Notes: generated from the sequence alone by a model not told the origin. A DNA stretch of 64,000 nucleotides from Octopus sinensis (GCF_006345805.1 NC_043012.1:28954001-29018000); one strand, 5' to 3'. Numbered from the stretch's first letter, positions 13,045-25,652 are shown. Numbers and translations: made by a program.

Positions 13045-14796
13045 CATTCTTTATTGAGTAAGGCCTCGGATTTCAAGAAATGAATAACGACTGCTAGATG
13101 TTATTGAGTATTTTATTGGTACATATTCACCCAAAAGCATGTGTGTGTGTTCCTATGTGCATGTAATTATTCATCGTAATAACGACACCAACTCCTTGTA
13201 AGGAAACTGGGAAAGTTAAATTTGAAAAACGAAGGTTTTCCGGAGACGCACAAGAAAGACAGTTCCAATTTTGGGATGGTAGACTTAACCCGTCACCTGT
13301 TTTAACACTGCAACTGGTTATTGGTGACCTTTTGCGAAGTTCTCTCCGTTGAAAATATTCTGCTTAAATCTCCAGCCTTAGAAAAATTTCTTTTAATCAC
13401 TGATTTTAATAACTTTTAATTTACATTATTCAACAAAATGTAAATAAAAATGTAAATTCAAGTCTGCCACCGTTACTTGAATATTATGTATTAACATAAC
13501 CTCATCTCATTTGACCAATTCTGTTTCTCTTATTATTCACGCGTCAATGAAATGTATAAGTTGCATAGTATAGTATATAGTTTGCTCCATCACCTCCTGT
13601 GTATGATCTTTGTTCAATAACTATTTTTTATCGTGTGACTATTTACGCTGTGTAATCTGCTGTTAAATTCCATTGTTGGGAAAAGGCTATTCATACCTGA
13701 CCTACGCGATCGTTTGAACTGAAAGAAAAGGTGGTCTCTCTCAACCTAAACCCTATCATTTGTTAGGAAACATTTTTCGCCAACATTATATGTATCGATA
13801 ACACAGCGTAAAAATCTCGTTTGTATACAAAATGTGTTCTCAGAGAGAAGTATAGAGCTCAGTGTGATATGACATGTTCCAAATCTTAGTCTGGGATTTC
13901 ATCTGTGACACTGTTCACAAATACACTGTCATTAGAACTCTAACAAACTGGATAAACCGATTTAATTTGATAATTGAAATATTGAGTTTTGTTTTATTAC
14001 AAGCATTATTATATACACTATGTTTGAAGAGATAACGGATGACGTCATCGACACGGCCGAAACTTCGATGTTCGATTTCTTGGCGCAGTCAGGGATATTT
14101 TGGGGGCCTAAACAACACCAACTAGCATAGCCTAATGAGGGAGCCTATATACAGTTGATTATCTAGCTTGAAATAATAACTGAATTGCCCTGAAAATCAC
14201 TGCTTACACTCTTAAATAAAGTTACAATGGACAACGTAGTTCCTGATGAAAGACAGGATGGTTTCGGCTGGATATACTTCATAATAGGGTTGCTCCGTCA
14301 AGGCCTGATACGAAGCTGAACAGAAGCAGGAAAGACAACAATTGGCAAGGCAGTCAATAAGCAACCTACTCCTCCTCCACCACCACAATCATCATCTCTA
14401 CTACCGCCACCGATACCAACAGTACCAACACAGCTACTGCCGTCACTACTAATTCTAATACAAATACTAATACTGCGATGACGACGATAAAGACGGCCAC
14501 AACCGCCACCATTATCACAACCATTAACATTATCAATGTTTAGGGAAGCAATACCTCCCACAATTCAGCAATAACAGCTTTTGCCTTATCCTTCGATTTG
14601 ATCGTAATATTCGCTTTAAAGTCTGTTTGTCTGCCTCGACACTCGCTGTCATAATTAATTGTGGCGCCTTTAAGGATTATCTTGCGTAACATTGAAGTTA
14701 TTAGGTTTCTCTATACTACTAGAAAACTACACACACTTATACTACTTTAACACCGATTACAATAAGAGATGTGTAAACGCAACTTTGTGTGTGCGT

Positions 14797-14848
<52 letters not shown>

Positions 14849-14875
14849 ATACATACATGTATGTATATATATATG

Positions 14876-14917
<42 letters not shown>

Positions 14918-15736
14918 TATATATATATATATATATACATACATGTATGTATGTATATATGTACGCATGTATTTATGTCTATATGTATTTACACGCACAC
15001 GCATACATGAAGACGCATACTCACATCCATGTAGTTGAGAAAGAAGTGGGGCGAGATTGATAGAGATGAAGAAGTAGAGAAAATGATAAGTGTACATAAG
15101 TATGTAAGTAATTGTCGTATTCGATGTCAAAGAATGTTCATTATTTTAAATGGTGCCAAAAATAGGAGGAGAATAGAGCAAAAAGTGAGAAAAAGTTTTG
15201 AAATACCATCATGAAGTGTTAATTCATGTTCCAAACATAAACAATATGATGTGTGATATTAATCTATTTATTTCGTCTGTCACCACACGTTGGATAGCGT
15301 TATACACAATTGCTATACAACGCCATTGTCTGGTCTAAATCTTTAAAATTAGCCATGTATAAGAGTGTGTATAAAACTGCAATCAACAGATGTCGACTTT
15401 GCAGCCATTTATCACCTCGGCTGGCACATCACAGAATCACTCTGGTCGTCATTTCATTACCAGATTTTCACGGATGTTTATAACGTCACAAAAACAACAG
15501 CCAAATTTGAAAAAATAAAATAAAATAAGATAACCAAAATTATTTTTTAAAAAGATATGAGAAAGAAAAGAAAAAACGTGTTACATACATTTGACTTTCT
15601 CCTTGTACCTGCCAACTGTGTGTGTGGCCATAAACCAATTTGATAGAATCACATATAGTCGTGTTCCTTTTCTTTCCGTTGCTTTCTCTGACGGAAAATA
15701 TACTTGTAAGATGGGAATGTTATCATGTGTGTGTGT

Positions 15737-15779
<43 letters not shown>

Positions 15780-16267
15780 CGTGTGCGTGTGTGTATGCAT
15801 GTGTGCGTGTGTTAGTGTTTGTGTGTATCAGTGTGTGTGTGTGTGTTGGCGTGTAAACGTAAATACACATGTATTTATATGTATATATTTGTATATATGT
15901 AGATATGCGCATACATATGTGTATGTTGGGGTGAGGGTGCGGCTATGTAAAATTATGTATATTAACAAATATAATAAACATATATATACACATATAAAAA
16001 TACACGCGCATACTCGAACATATAAGCGTTTATACGATATATATTAATATATAATAACAAGTGTGAATTGGTGTAGAAAACAAACATTAATTGAAGCAGT
16101 CTCATCATAATAATCGATTGTGACCGTATCTGTGTGCCTCAAAGTTTCCCCGATAAAACTAGCTTCTACAACTTAGGAAATGTAATCCTAGATTTACAGG
16201 ATTTTATTTATAACTTTTATCCGTTTCTAGATTCACCCTTCCTAGAAAGAATTCCATAGATATAAAT

Positions 16268-16408
16268 GACGGTGTACTAAGAAGTTTGCTTCTCAAACAC
16301 ATGGTTCCAAGTTCAGTCCCACGACGTTGCACCTTGGGAAGATGTCTTCTAGTGTAAGCCTCAGCTCGGCCAAAGCCTTCTGGGTGGATTTGAGAGACCT
16401 GTTATGGT
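16268..16408 (+). mobile_element. SINE family A head fragment
   Basis: CACATGGTTCCAAGTTCAGTCCC..GCACCTTGGGAAGATGTCTTCTAG..CGGCCAAAGCCTT..GTGGATTTG. Confidence 0.8.
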
Positions 16409-17687
16409 GTGTTTACGTCAATGCAGTACCTAGGTTTCCGACTCTTCAAATACGTTTGTCAACGTAAATTATCCGATTCTGGGTTGTCCATTTATCTAAT
16501 GTTCTTCCTAGAGGTACGACAAATTTTTAATTTTTGGTGTACTCACACGTCTTTCCCAGTATATACTAAGATTACTAAGGCTTTCATTAATGCCATCTAC
16601 AGGTTTTCAGATTTAAGCAATTACATTCGATGGGATAAACAAAAAAAATTGTTAAAGATCTTTTTACCCAACTACGGCAAATCATTGAATCATAACAAAC
16701 AGATAGCCGTGAATAATGAAATGCTTCGCTGCTTAAGTAAAATTGTTCAAACTTAAAATGATTCATAATATTAAACTTGTAACAAAGCAAAAACACACAA
16801 AAAAAATACACAGAAAAGCAAGATTATGAGAAGCGCAAACAAGAAAGGAAAGTTGACCCTCCTCCTCCTCCTCCTCCTCCTCCCCTCTTACTACTACTAC
16901 TACTACTACTACAACTACTGCTGCTGTTGTGGCTACTGCTGTTGCTGCTACTAGTACTGTTGTTGTTTGTGGTGTTGTTGTTGTTGTTGATGATGATGAT
17001 GATGATGATGATGATTTCCTCTTTCAGTAACAAGCAACGACTGGAAATCTAGAGGTACTCACTTTCAAAGCAACTCTTTAACTCAAAACTGTCAATTCCA
17101 CAACACCTGATTTGCAACGAACACTTCGTTGACCCAGACATATTTACCTCAAACTGTCAAATATAAAACATACAAGCTAACAGCCATTTTTAACGTCTAA
17201 AAATAAAAAAAAAATAAAATGGAGTCTAACTAGGGATTCGAATCAGACGTTGTGAGAGACGCATAAAGCAACTTTAGTTTCATAAATTCTTTCATGTAAC
17301 AAAGTCACAAATACATGTGAAGAAATGGGCATGATATTATGTCATAAAAACCTATAAGATATTTCATATTAAAATAACGCAAAGTGGATCAGATCCTGAT
17401 TTTATATTTCCACCACATATATTTCACTTAAATGTTGTGTTTATGGCGAGAAAAGAATACTATTTTCTTGGAGCCATACATTTTCTCAGTAAAATTACAC
17501 ATTCACGTGCGTTGCCAATATTCACAAGCCACATGAGTCTGGATAACGTGAAAATGAAATAATGTTAATAATGGTTACACGAGACCACAACATAAATATG
17601 TACATAAATATGCGCAATAAACACACACATGTAGAGAAACTGTTAAGTAGTAAATATGAATCATATTCCATATGGATATACACGGAC

Positions 17688-17689
<2 letters not shown>

Positions 17690-17757
<68 letters not shown>

Positions 17758-17758
17758 T

Positions 17759-17797
<39 letters not shown>

Positions 17798-17809
17798 GAT
17801 AGATAGATA

Positions 17810-17859
<50 letters not shown>

Positions 17860-17864
17860 TGATT

Positions 17865-17900
<36 letters not shown>
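17690..17900 (+). repeat. (GATA)n microsatellite
   Basis: Direct reading. Confidence 0.95.
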
Positions 17901-17916
<16 letters not shown>

Positions 17917-17965
17917 AAGAGGGAGAGTCAATGTATGTGTGAGAAAGATGTTAGTATATATTAAA

Positions 17966-18030
17966 CTAGCTGACATACCTGGCGTTACTCGGGATTAAAA
18001 TGGCGTAGTTTTTTTTAATTTTATTTGTTT
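17966..18030 (-). mobile_element. Helitron-like 3' terminus remnant
   Basis: A|CTAG followed by hairpin CCTGGCGTTACTCGGG; the same family segment recurs near 20795-20835. Confidence 0.55.
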
Positions 18031-18067
18031 CAGTCATTTTACTTTATATGTATATACATATATATTC

Positions 18068-18416
18068 TTTTATTCCATTACTCTTTTACTTGTTTCACTC
18101 ATTTCACAGCAACCATGCTGGAGCATTGCATTTAGTGAGTGGATTTGGTAGACGGAAACTGAAAGAAGCCCGTCGTATATATGTGTATACTTGTGTTTTT
18201 GTGTCTGTCTCTGTGTTTGTACCACCACCATCGCTTGACAACCGATGTTGGTGTGTCTACGTCCCCGTAACTTAGCGGTTCAGCACAAGTAACCGATAGA
18301 ATAAGTGCTAGGCTTACAAAGAATAAGTCCTGGTGTCGATTTATTCGACTAAAGGCAGTGCTCCAGCATGGCCGCAGTCAAATGAGTGAAAGAAGTAAAA
18401 GAGTAATGGAATAAAA
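18068..18416 (+). mobile_element. SINE family A 3' half with an inverted copy of its own tail at the 5' side
   Basis: 18068-18136 is the reverse complement of 18348-18416 (7 mismatches in 69 nt). Confidence 0.8.
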
Positions 18417-18434
18417 TAATATATATACATAGAA

Positions 18435-18473
<39 letters not shown>

Positions 18474-18554
18474 CATATACACACATACACGCACATACAC
18501 ATATATATATACATATACATATATACATATATATACACACACACATATTGTGTT

Positions 18555-18735
18555 GTGACCCCCTTCTGTCATGAATGACCATGGGATTGCACCTAGAAAG
18601 TTACCCTCCGAGGCACAAGCCTGGGCAAGGTTGTTTATGGAAGAGCAGCAGTCGTCATGCATACCAGCCTCCCCTCTCCACGCCAAGGGAAAGGCAAAGG
18701 CCAATACAATTTGGCACCAGTGACATCGTAGCTCA
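18555..18735. mobile_element. Retroposon/SINE family D fragment
   Basis: GAATGACCATGGGATTGCACCTAGAAAG..CCAGCCTCCCCTCTCCACGCC..GGGAAAGGCAAAGG; second copy at 32975. Confidence 0.7.
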
Positions 18736-18744
18736 TTTATTAAC

Positions 18745-19047
18745 GAGCAAGTGGCTGAGCACGCCACAGACACGTGTACCCTTAACGTAGTTCTCCGGGA
18801 GATTCAGCGTGACACAGAGTGTGACAAAGTTGGCCCTTTGAAATACAGGTACAACAGAAACAGGACGAAAGAGTGAGAGAAAGTTGTGGCGAAAGAGTAC
18901 ATCAGGGTTCGTCACCATCCCCTGTCGGAGCCTCGTGGAGCTTTACGTGTTTTCGCTCAATAAACACTCACAATGCTCGGTCTGGGAATCGAAACCACGA
19001 TCCTACGCCCGCGAGTTCGCTGCCCTAACCACTGGGCCATTGCGCCT

Positions 19048-19050
<3 letters not shown>
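18745..19050 (-). mobile_element. tRNA SINE family B
   Basis: Reverse complement of the 43343 copy, with A-box TGGCCCAGTGG and B-box GGTTTCGATTCCC. Confidence 0.9.
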
Positions 19051-19087
<37 letters not shown>

Positions 19088-19134
19088 GCATATATATGTA
19101 TATATATGTATATATATATATATGTATATATATG

Positions 19135-19884
19135 TATTTATTTTATTTTATTTTATCTAGTTTCAGCTCACGAGCTGTGGCCATGCTGGGACACCGCCAT
19201 TTGGTGTTGCTACATGATTTTACTTCACGAATGTTTTTTAGCAACTGCCATTTCGTGCATGAGAGAGTTCGATACCGCTGCCCTCATCTGCACCGCCTGC
19301 CGTGAAGTTGGTTCATCTGGGACACCTGACAGGAAGAGATCCAGTCCTACTTTAAAGACATCTGCATCCACCCCATGCAGGTCCCTCAGGTTCTTCGGGA
19401 GGATATTGAAGAGCTGTGGGCCTCTGAAGCCCAGGCTATCACAGTATCTTGTCCTACATCTTGATGGCAAGTTTGGAGTCCTTGGCACCACGCAGTGGTG
19501 CCCAGTTCTGGCATTTGTGTAACTCTCTATGCTAAAGTTTGGGACAAGTCTTTCGAGGATCTTCCAGATGTATATTATGGCATATCTTTCTCGCCTACGC
19601 TCTAAGGAATAGAGTGTTAATCTCTTGAGTCTTTCCCAGTAGCTTATATGCTGCACAGAGGCTATCTTCTTCGTGTAGCTTCGTTGGACCGCCTCAAGTT
19701 CTGTGATCAACTTGACACTGGATGGTGACCATAGCTGAGAGCAATAGTGAAAGTGGCTTAGGACAAGTGTCCTCCAGGAGACCATCATGGTTTCTTGGTA
19801 TCTTGTTCTAAAGGTTCTAAGAATCCAGCCAGCCAGCCGCCTACATTTCATTGCCAATTTAGCAACATATACATGAAATGTTGC

Positions 19885-19885
<1 letters not shown>
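19135..19885 (-). mobile_element. 3' end of a CR1-group (CR1/L2/Crack-like) LINE
   Basis: Open frame GWILRTF..YCSQLWSP..LEAVQRSYTK..YWERLKRLTLYSLERRRERY..GPQLFNILP..FKVGLDLFLSGVPDEP; stop at 19225, short 3' UTR, (TAAAA)n tail; 5'-truncated at (TA)n. Confidence 0.9.
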
Positions 19886-19954
<69 letters not shown>

Positions 19955-20855
19955 ATATATATATTTTGTGTGTGTGTGTGTATACTGTAAGGATGAGTTG
20001 GAATCTTCATTGACGAGAGAAAACTGCGAATGATAAGTCCTTGTTTTTCCCCACCGTCTTTCTGCTGTTTTTCCGGTCTCTCTTTGTATCTTCCATCTGT
20101 ACGAATGTTTCATTGTCGTCTTGTTCCATTTGGAGGATTTTTATAAATATATAGCAGCATACATACACTTTTGATCACCTTGTAAGTAAGTATGTATCTA
20201 AATTAAACACAAACTCTTTTCCTCTTTCTTTTCGTCTCCTCATACTTTCCTCTTTCTTTCCTCTTTTCTTTTGCTCGCTCCCCCTCTCTCACATTTCTTG
20301 ACTTTCTCCTTTAATATACATACTTTTCCTCGTTTATCTCCCTCGTACTTTCTTTATCCCTTGATTCTCTCACTTCCTCGTTCTCCCCCTAATTCTTCTA
20401 TCCGTCTTCTCCTATTTCTCTCCTTCTTTCTTGGCATGACTGCCGGCCGCGAAGTTTCTCTTATATTCCTGTCTCATGACTTTCATCTCTTATGTTCATC
20501 TATGTTCCTGCCTCAAGGCTTTCACTCTGCACACGCCAGCTTAATTTGATTCGTCTCTATTAGTCGAAAGACACCTGTTGTTATTTTCCTGTTGCTTCTA
20601 TTTGTAATTGGGTAACATTTTCTCCGTTTTCCTCTTTTGACCTTTTTGTTTTCATTGTCGTACACATTCGCTTGCTTTCTCCCAAAATATTTAATGATCT
20701 TATCTTCGATTTTTGGGACCGGCCACATTTGAATAGTCTCAAATGTAACATCTCGAAAGTGTAAGGATGATTTGGAAATTTGGCAGACGATAGAATCCTG
20801 GCGTTGCTCGGGATTAAAATGGCATAGTTTTTTATTCTTTCAATTGTTTCTTTTA

Positions 20856-21035
20856 TATGACTGCGGCCATATGGCAGCACCGCATTTAGTTGAACAAATC
20901 GACCCCAGGACTTATTCTTTGTAAGCCTGGTACTTATTCTATCGGTCTCTTTTTTCGAACCACTACGTTACGGGGACGTAAACACACCAACATCGGTTGT
21001 CAAGTGATGGTGGGGGAACAAACACAGACACACAC
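20856..21035 (-). mobile_element. SINE family A tail fragment
   Basis: GACTGCGGCCAT..CAAATCGACCCCAGGACTTATTC..TTACGGGGACGTAAACACACC. Confidence 0.85.
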
Positions 21036-21589
21036 ACACACAATGTATACACACAGATACAAAATAACTTGGCACTATTTTACGGCACTCCTAAAGAGAG
21101 TTAGTTGGAATAAAATATATGATCATCGTCTACAAAAAGAAAATCAGAAATGTTGAATCGGGTATATTCAAATACAGCTAGAAACAAGGCCAGGAGGACC
21201 AGATAACTGAATGTAAAACTCAAATTGAACTATAATAAAAAAGAATTCTGTGATAAGAAACAATAAAAGCAATGTTATGACAATCTTAACATAAAATTAA
21301 TGGGAAAATAAAAAGTTTAAAAAGTAAAAACATAAAAACAAGAAAAAATTAATATATTTTTAACATCAACAATATCAGGATGAAAGGAAATTTTGGTGCC
21401 ACTGAACGTTTGTACCGGTTGACAGACTGGATATGAAATATTCTTGTTATTGTTGTTTGTGTTGTGGTGGTGTTGCTGCTTTTGGTTGTTAATGTTTGTC
21501 TTACAGATAATCTCGGTAAAATATTATGACAATCTTACCTTTAAAAGTGACACACGAAACCGAAAGAGATTCTTTTTCTTTTTATTCTT

Positions 21590-21685
21590 TCAATCTCTCT
21601 TTCTCTCTCACATACTCTTTCTTTCATCTATCTAACTATCTCTCTCTCTCTCTCTCACACATACTTTCTTTCATCTATCTAACTA

Positions 21686-21716
<31 letters not shown>

Positions 21717-21805
21717 TACTCTTTCTTTCATATATCTAACTATCTCTCTCTCTCTCACACACACACACACACTCTTTCTTTCATCTATCTAACTATCTCT
21801 CTCTC
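21590..21805 (+). repeat. Tandem array of microsatellite-built units, (CT)n-(CA)n-ACTCTTTCTTTCATCTATCTAACTAT, about 4 copies
   Basis: Direct reading; unit length varies with the inner microsatellites. Confidence 0.85.
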
Positions 21806-22199
21806 CCTCCCTCTCTGTCATTCACGTTCTCACCCTCCTTCTCTCGCTTTGTCTCCTGAAATTAAGACTTGAGCTGAGAAAAAACAAAAAATCTCAATCC
21901 ACTGATTTCGTTCTCATTAAAAGTATACATTTCTATTCCACTTGCATTCTTCTATTGAGTCCTTTTCTAACGTTGTCCGTCACCTTTCTCTTCAGCAGTA
22001 TATTTCTCTATTTCTTTCAATGTTTCCTTTGACATTTAAACTTTATTTTCATCTCATACTTTTCACATTTATTCTCTATTCCAGATGAAAAAAAAATCTT
22101 AATTTTAATATATAGTTTGCGATCATTAAGAAATCCTTATCATATATATATATATAAAATAGAAAAAAGTGAAAAAACTACAGAAGGCTTGTTTTAAAA

Positions 22200-22793
22200 G
22201 GTTAAAGAATATATTTAAGTCGTTATGTTAGAAGAATGATATAAAATTTTGCATATAGTAACATAGTTTTTGGAGAAATTACCGGTTTCGTGTTAACTTT
22301 TCAAATTTCTCAAATGTCTTTACCTACATCGTGTTATGTCTTCGTTATGAAGTGCAAAGAAGAGTTCCAGGCAGGGGGAGGTAATAAGGGATTTCTTCCG
22401 GTATAAGAGAGATAATCGCTTTAGATTTCTTTTCCCCTTTTTAATGAGATGAGTTTCTCTGTATAAGAATGTTAGGATGGTTAAGTTCAGGCTTATATTT
22501 TTCAATGAAAAATGTTTCCTTGTTTAATCTAATTTGTGTTGGTATTCCAATAGCACATTGATTGAATGGAAAGATTAAAAATTGTGGTAGTAGTTGCTTT
22601 GCGCATTTCTCAATATGCTCACTAAATGGTATCATTCTGTATTCTGGAAATGCAATCTGTTGTCGATGTAGAGTGCATCTGCGTCTGAGTGATAATCCCG
22701 TGGACCCTACGTAGTTTTGGTGGCAGCCCGAGCATCTTATGACATAAATTATGTTTTCAGAAGCACAAGTAAAATTAGATCTGCTCTTGAATT
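22200..22793 (-). mobile_element. Penelope-like element 3' end: GIY-YIG endonuclease remnant plus terminal repeat
   Basis: Minus: NFTCASENIIYVIRCSGCHQNYVGSTGLSLRRRCTLHRQQI..SEHIEKCA..FLIFPF..RLNKETFFIEKYKPELN; HHR relic downstream; 5' end at (TA)n. Confidence 0.9.
22273..22311 (-). ncRNA. Decayed minimal type I hammerhead
   Basis: GAGAAAT-TTGAAAA-GTTAACAC-GAAA-CCGG-TA-ATTTCTC: 7-bp stem I, palindromic stem III, GUA site; core mutated at positions 3 and 8. Confidence 0.7.
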
Positions 22794-22809
22794 ATATATA
22801 TATATATAT

Positions 22810-23113
22810 GGAGATGTACTTGCATAGCAAGTGACTTGATGTGAGACCGTGTGCTGAAACAAATCAATTTAACAACACACAAAAAACCGTTAGTTTTACG
22901 TCAACATTTAAATGTAATTTGTGTCAAATTATTTTTCCTTGCTTTCAAACTGCGACTTGTTCAGTGACAAAACTTCGAGCAGCACGAAGTTTTGTCAGTG
23001 AACAGGTCGCGGTTTGAAAGCGCGGAAAATATTTTGACAAATTAAATTTAAATGTTGACGTGAAACAAACGGTTTTGTATGTTCTTCAATGGCTTACAAA
23101 CACGTTGCAATTC
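22810..23113. mobile_element. Fold-back (palindromic) element flanked by (TA)n
   Basis: Arms about 22873-22977 and 22985-23083 are imperfect inverted repeats around a 7-nt loop. Confidence 0.85.
22991..23041 (+). ncRNA. Hammerhead-like motif with G3:C8-swapped core
   Basis: TTTGTCA-GTGAACA-G-GTCGC-GGTTTGAAA-GCGC-G-GAAA-ATAT-TT-TGACAAA; stem II is weak. Confidence 0.5.
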
Positions 23114-23164
<51 letters not shown>

Positions 23165-24432
23165 CTTCCAGCACATGCTTCGAAGTGAGCATTAATATTA
23201 TTCTGGAGGGAATAAAAATGATGCAAAACTATGTAATCATCTCGCCAGGAAAAAAAGGAGAAAAAACACACCAATAAGCCATTTTAACCGAATATGATTA
23301 CCGTGTATATGATGAAGGGGAACACTGGCAAAGTATTTTTTAAAAAACCGTTAATTGATTTAACGTCAAAAGTTATTTAGAGAAGCATGAGAAAGAAAGA
23401 AATTAGCAGAAGATTAAGAGAGGAGAAATATTGTGTGATAGATGAATGGCAATAAAGCTTAAAAGCACAGAATTAGATGTCTGTTGTGGAAATGGAATGT
23501 AAGAAGACAGTTAACGGTCGAATTTTATAGATTGGTAGAAATTACTTATAGGAACTAAAGGTAAAGGTATGTTTTCGCCATATGTATATATATATATATA
23601 TATATACACAGACAGACAGACATATGTATGTATATTTATATGCATACACACGCACAAAAACAGCACATACACAAACACATACACACACACAGACAATCAT
23701 ACACAAACACACGCACACACACACATACGCAACCATACATAACGCGTATACATCCAAACATACTCATATACAGAAAAATTATAGCAGTTTCACCACTGTG
23801 TGTGTAGGTGTCGTCGTATCTCTGTCTCCCATCACCACTTGATACCTGGGACGATTGCCCGCGTAAATTAGTATTCGAAAGCCAAATGATGTTCTTTAGC
23901 TGGGGTGTAATTCTATAATTAAAACAAATTCAAAATTTAAATTTCGGAACATAAGACTTAACATATTATCTGGTGTATGGCCGAATTCAAATGTGTAGAA
24001 GACCTAAAACAAATGTGTGTGTGTTCTTGTGTGTTTGTGTGTGTGTGTCATTGCTACTTCGGTGGACCAGCAGGCATGGATGTTAAGAAGTAATAATGCA
24101 ACAGAGAGTTGGTGGTTTCAAATCTCTTCCAGAAATTACAAGAGATCTAGCTAAAAAATGTTATCTAAGCAACAAAATGTCTTTCTCTTGAGCGTGACAC
24201 AAGCGTCAGGTACGTACAGAAAAGAAATTGACGTATTAATATTTTTGATATTTATATTGTTATTATCATTATATTTAACCTACATTACAACGGTATACCT
24301 TGATGCAGCCCCGAAAAACTGGCTCTCTAGTAAGCATAATTAAACAGTGGGCAGCATAATGGAACAGGAACTTTATTTTCATATTCTAAACGTTACTATA
24401 AACAAATTTAAAAGATAGATTTATTTATTCAC

Positions 24433-24473
<41 letters not shown>

Positions 24474-24475
24474 TA

Positions 24476-24665
24476 TGATAGACCGTTAGCTCCTACACGC
24501 ATTTTTTCTCTCTTTGTTTCTTTTCTGTGTATCTTTCTGTCGAAGAGCGTAGGCTCGAAACGTAAAAGACTTGTTCTATTTCTATTCCTGAGCGCCATAC
24601 TAATACATTTGTTTGTTTGTACTCCACCTGCCTTCGTCTTTTGTTTATTTTCGTAAACCTTCCCG

Positions 24666-24667
<2 letters not shown>
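24476..24667 (+). mobile_element. Solo PLE terminal repeat inside (TA)n
   Basis: About 190 bp with TA tracts on both sides; homologous to the terminus of the GIY-YIG element at 40445-40620. Confidence 0.8.
24532..24569 (+). ncRNA. Minimal type I hammerhead, A6U variant
   Basis: TCTTT-CTGTCGA-A-GAGC-GTAG-GCTC-GAAA-CG-TA-AAAGA. Confidence 0.7.
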
Positions 24668-24721
<54 letters not shown>

Positions 24722-25454
24722 CTTTATATATATATATATACATGCGTGTGTATACACACACACATGCACACACACACATATGCTAGAACCCTCCGTCACT
24801 TTAGTGACGACAATAATTTGTAAATTGCGAATAGCTCCCTTAATAAGGATAAGACAATATATGTGTGTGTGAGTATGTATGTATGTATGTATGTATGTAT
24901 GTATGTATCTAAATCAAATTTTCGTTGTGATTATAATCATTTCTGAAATCCAAACTCTCATAGATATGTAACATCCCATTATGTGAAACCATATCTAACA
25001 TACCAAAAGATTAGGAATTTGGCGGAAAAGACTCAGTCGATAAAATCAATTCGGGTACTTTACTGGGACTTCATTTTGTCAAATGATGAATGGCAAAGTC
25101 TAGTTCAGAGGTATTTCAACTGAACTCAAAAAGTAAAGAACTGAGACAAATATCGCAAAGCATTCTGTCGGCTGTTCTAACGATTCTGCCAATCCACGTT
25201 ACCCTTTATATAATAATCACTATTTTTGACATCGTGACAGGTCTAACATTTTCGGTAGCAGATTATATTCTTCTACATGTTCCCAATAGTTATTTTCTCA
25301 ACCGCCAGAAGAAGAAACGTAAAGGCTGCTTCAGCGGAATTTGAAACCAAACCGTAGGTAAATATGTTGATTACGTTCTGGTCATCTTTATCGGTGTACT
25401 AGTATTCTTTACGTGGAATATACATTTTTCTTTACATTTAATAATCCTTCCTAA

Positions 25455-25652
25455 TAATAGAAGGCCAGAAATTTTGAGAAAAGGCAGCAAGTCGATTACA
25501 TCAACTCAGTGCTCGCCTGGTACCTATGTCATCGACTTTGAAAGTATAAAAGGCAAAGTCCACCTCGGCGGAATATAAGCTCGGAACGTTAAGACGAACG
25601 TGTGCTGCCAATCATTTTGCGAGACGCGTTAACGGTTCTGCCAGCTCACGAC
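25455..25652 (-). mobile_element. SINE family C, diverged
   Basis: AAGTCGATTACATC..AAAGGCAAAGTCCACCTCGGCGGAAT..AACGGTTCTGCCAGCTC. Confidence 0.8.

Noticed and set aside
20005-20045. TTGACGA..CTGCGAAT hammerhead-like string
   Set aside because: Stems I and III are absent.
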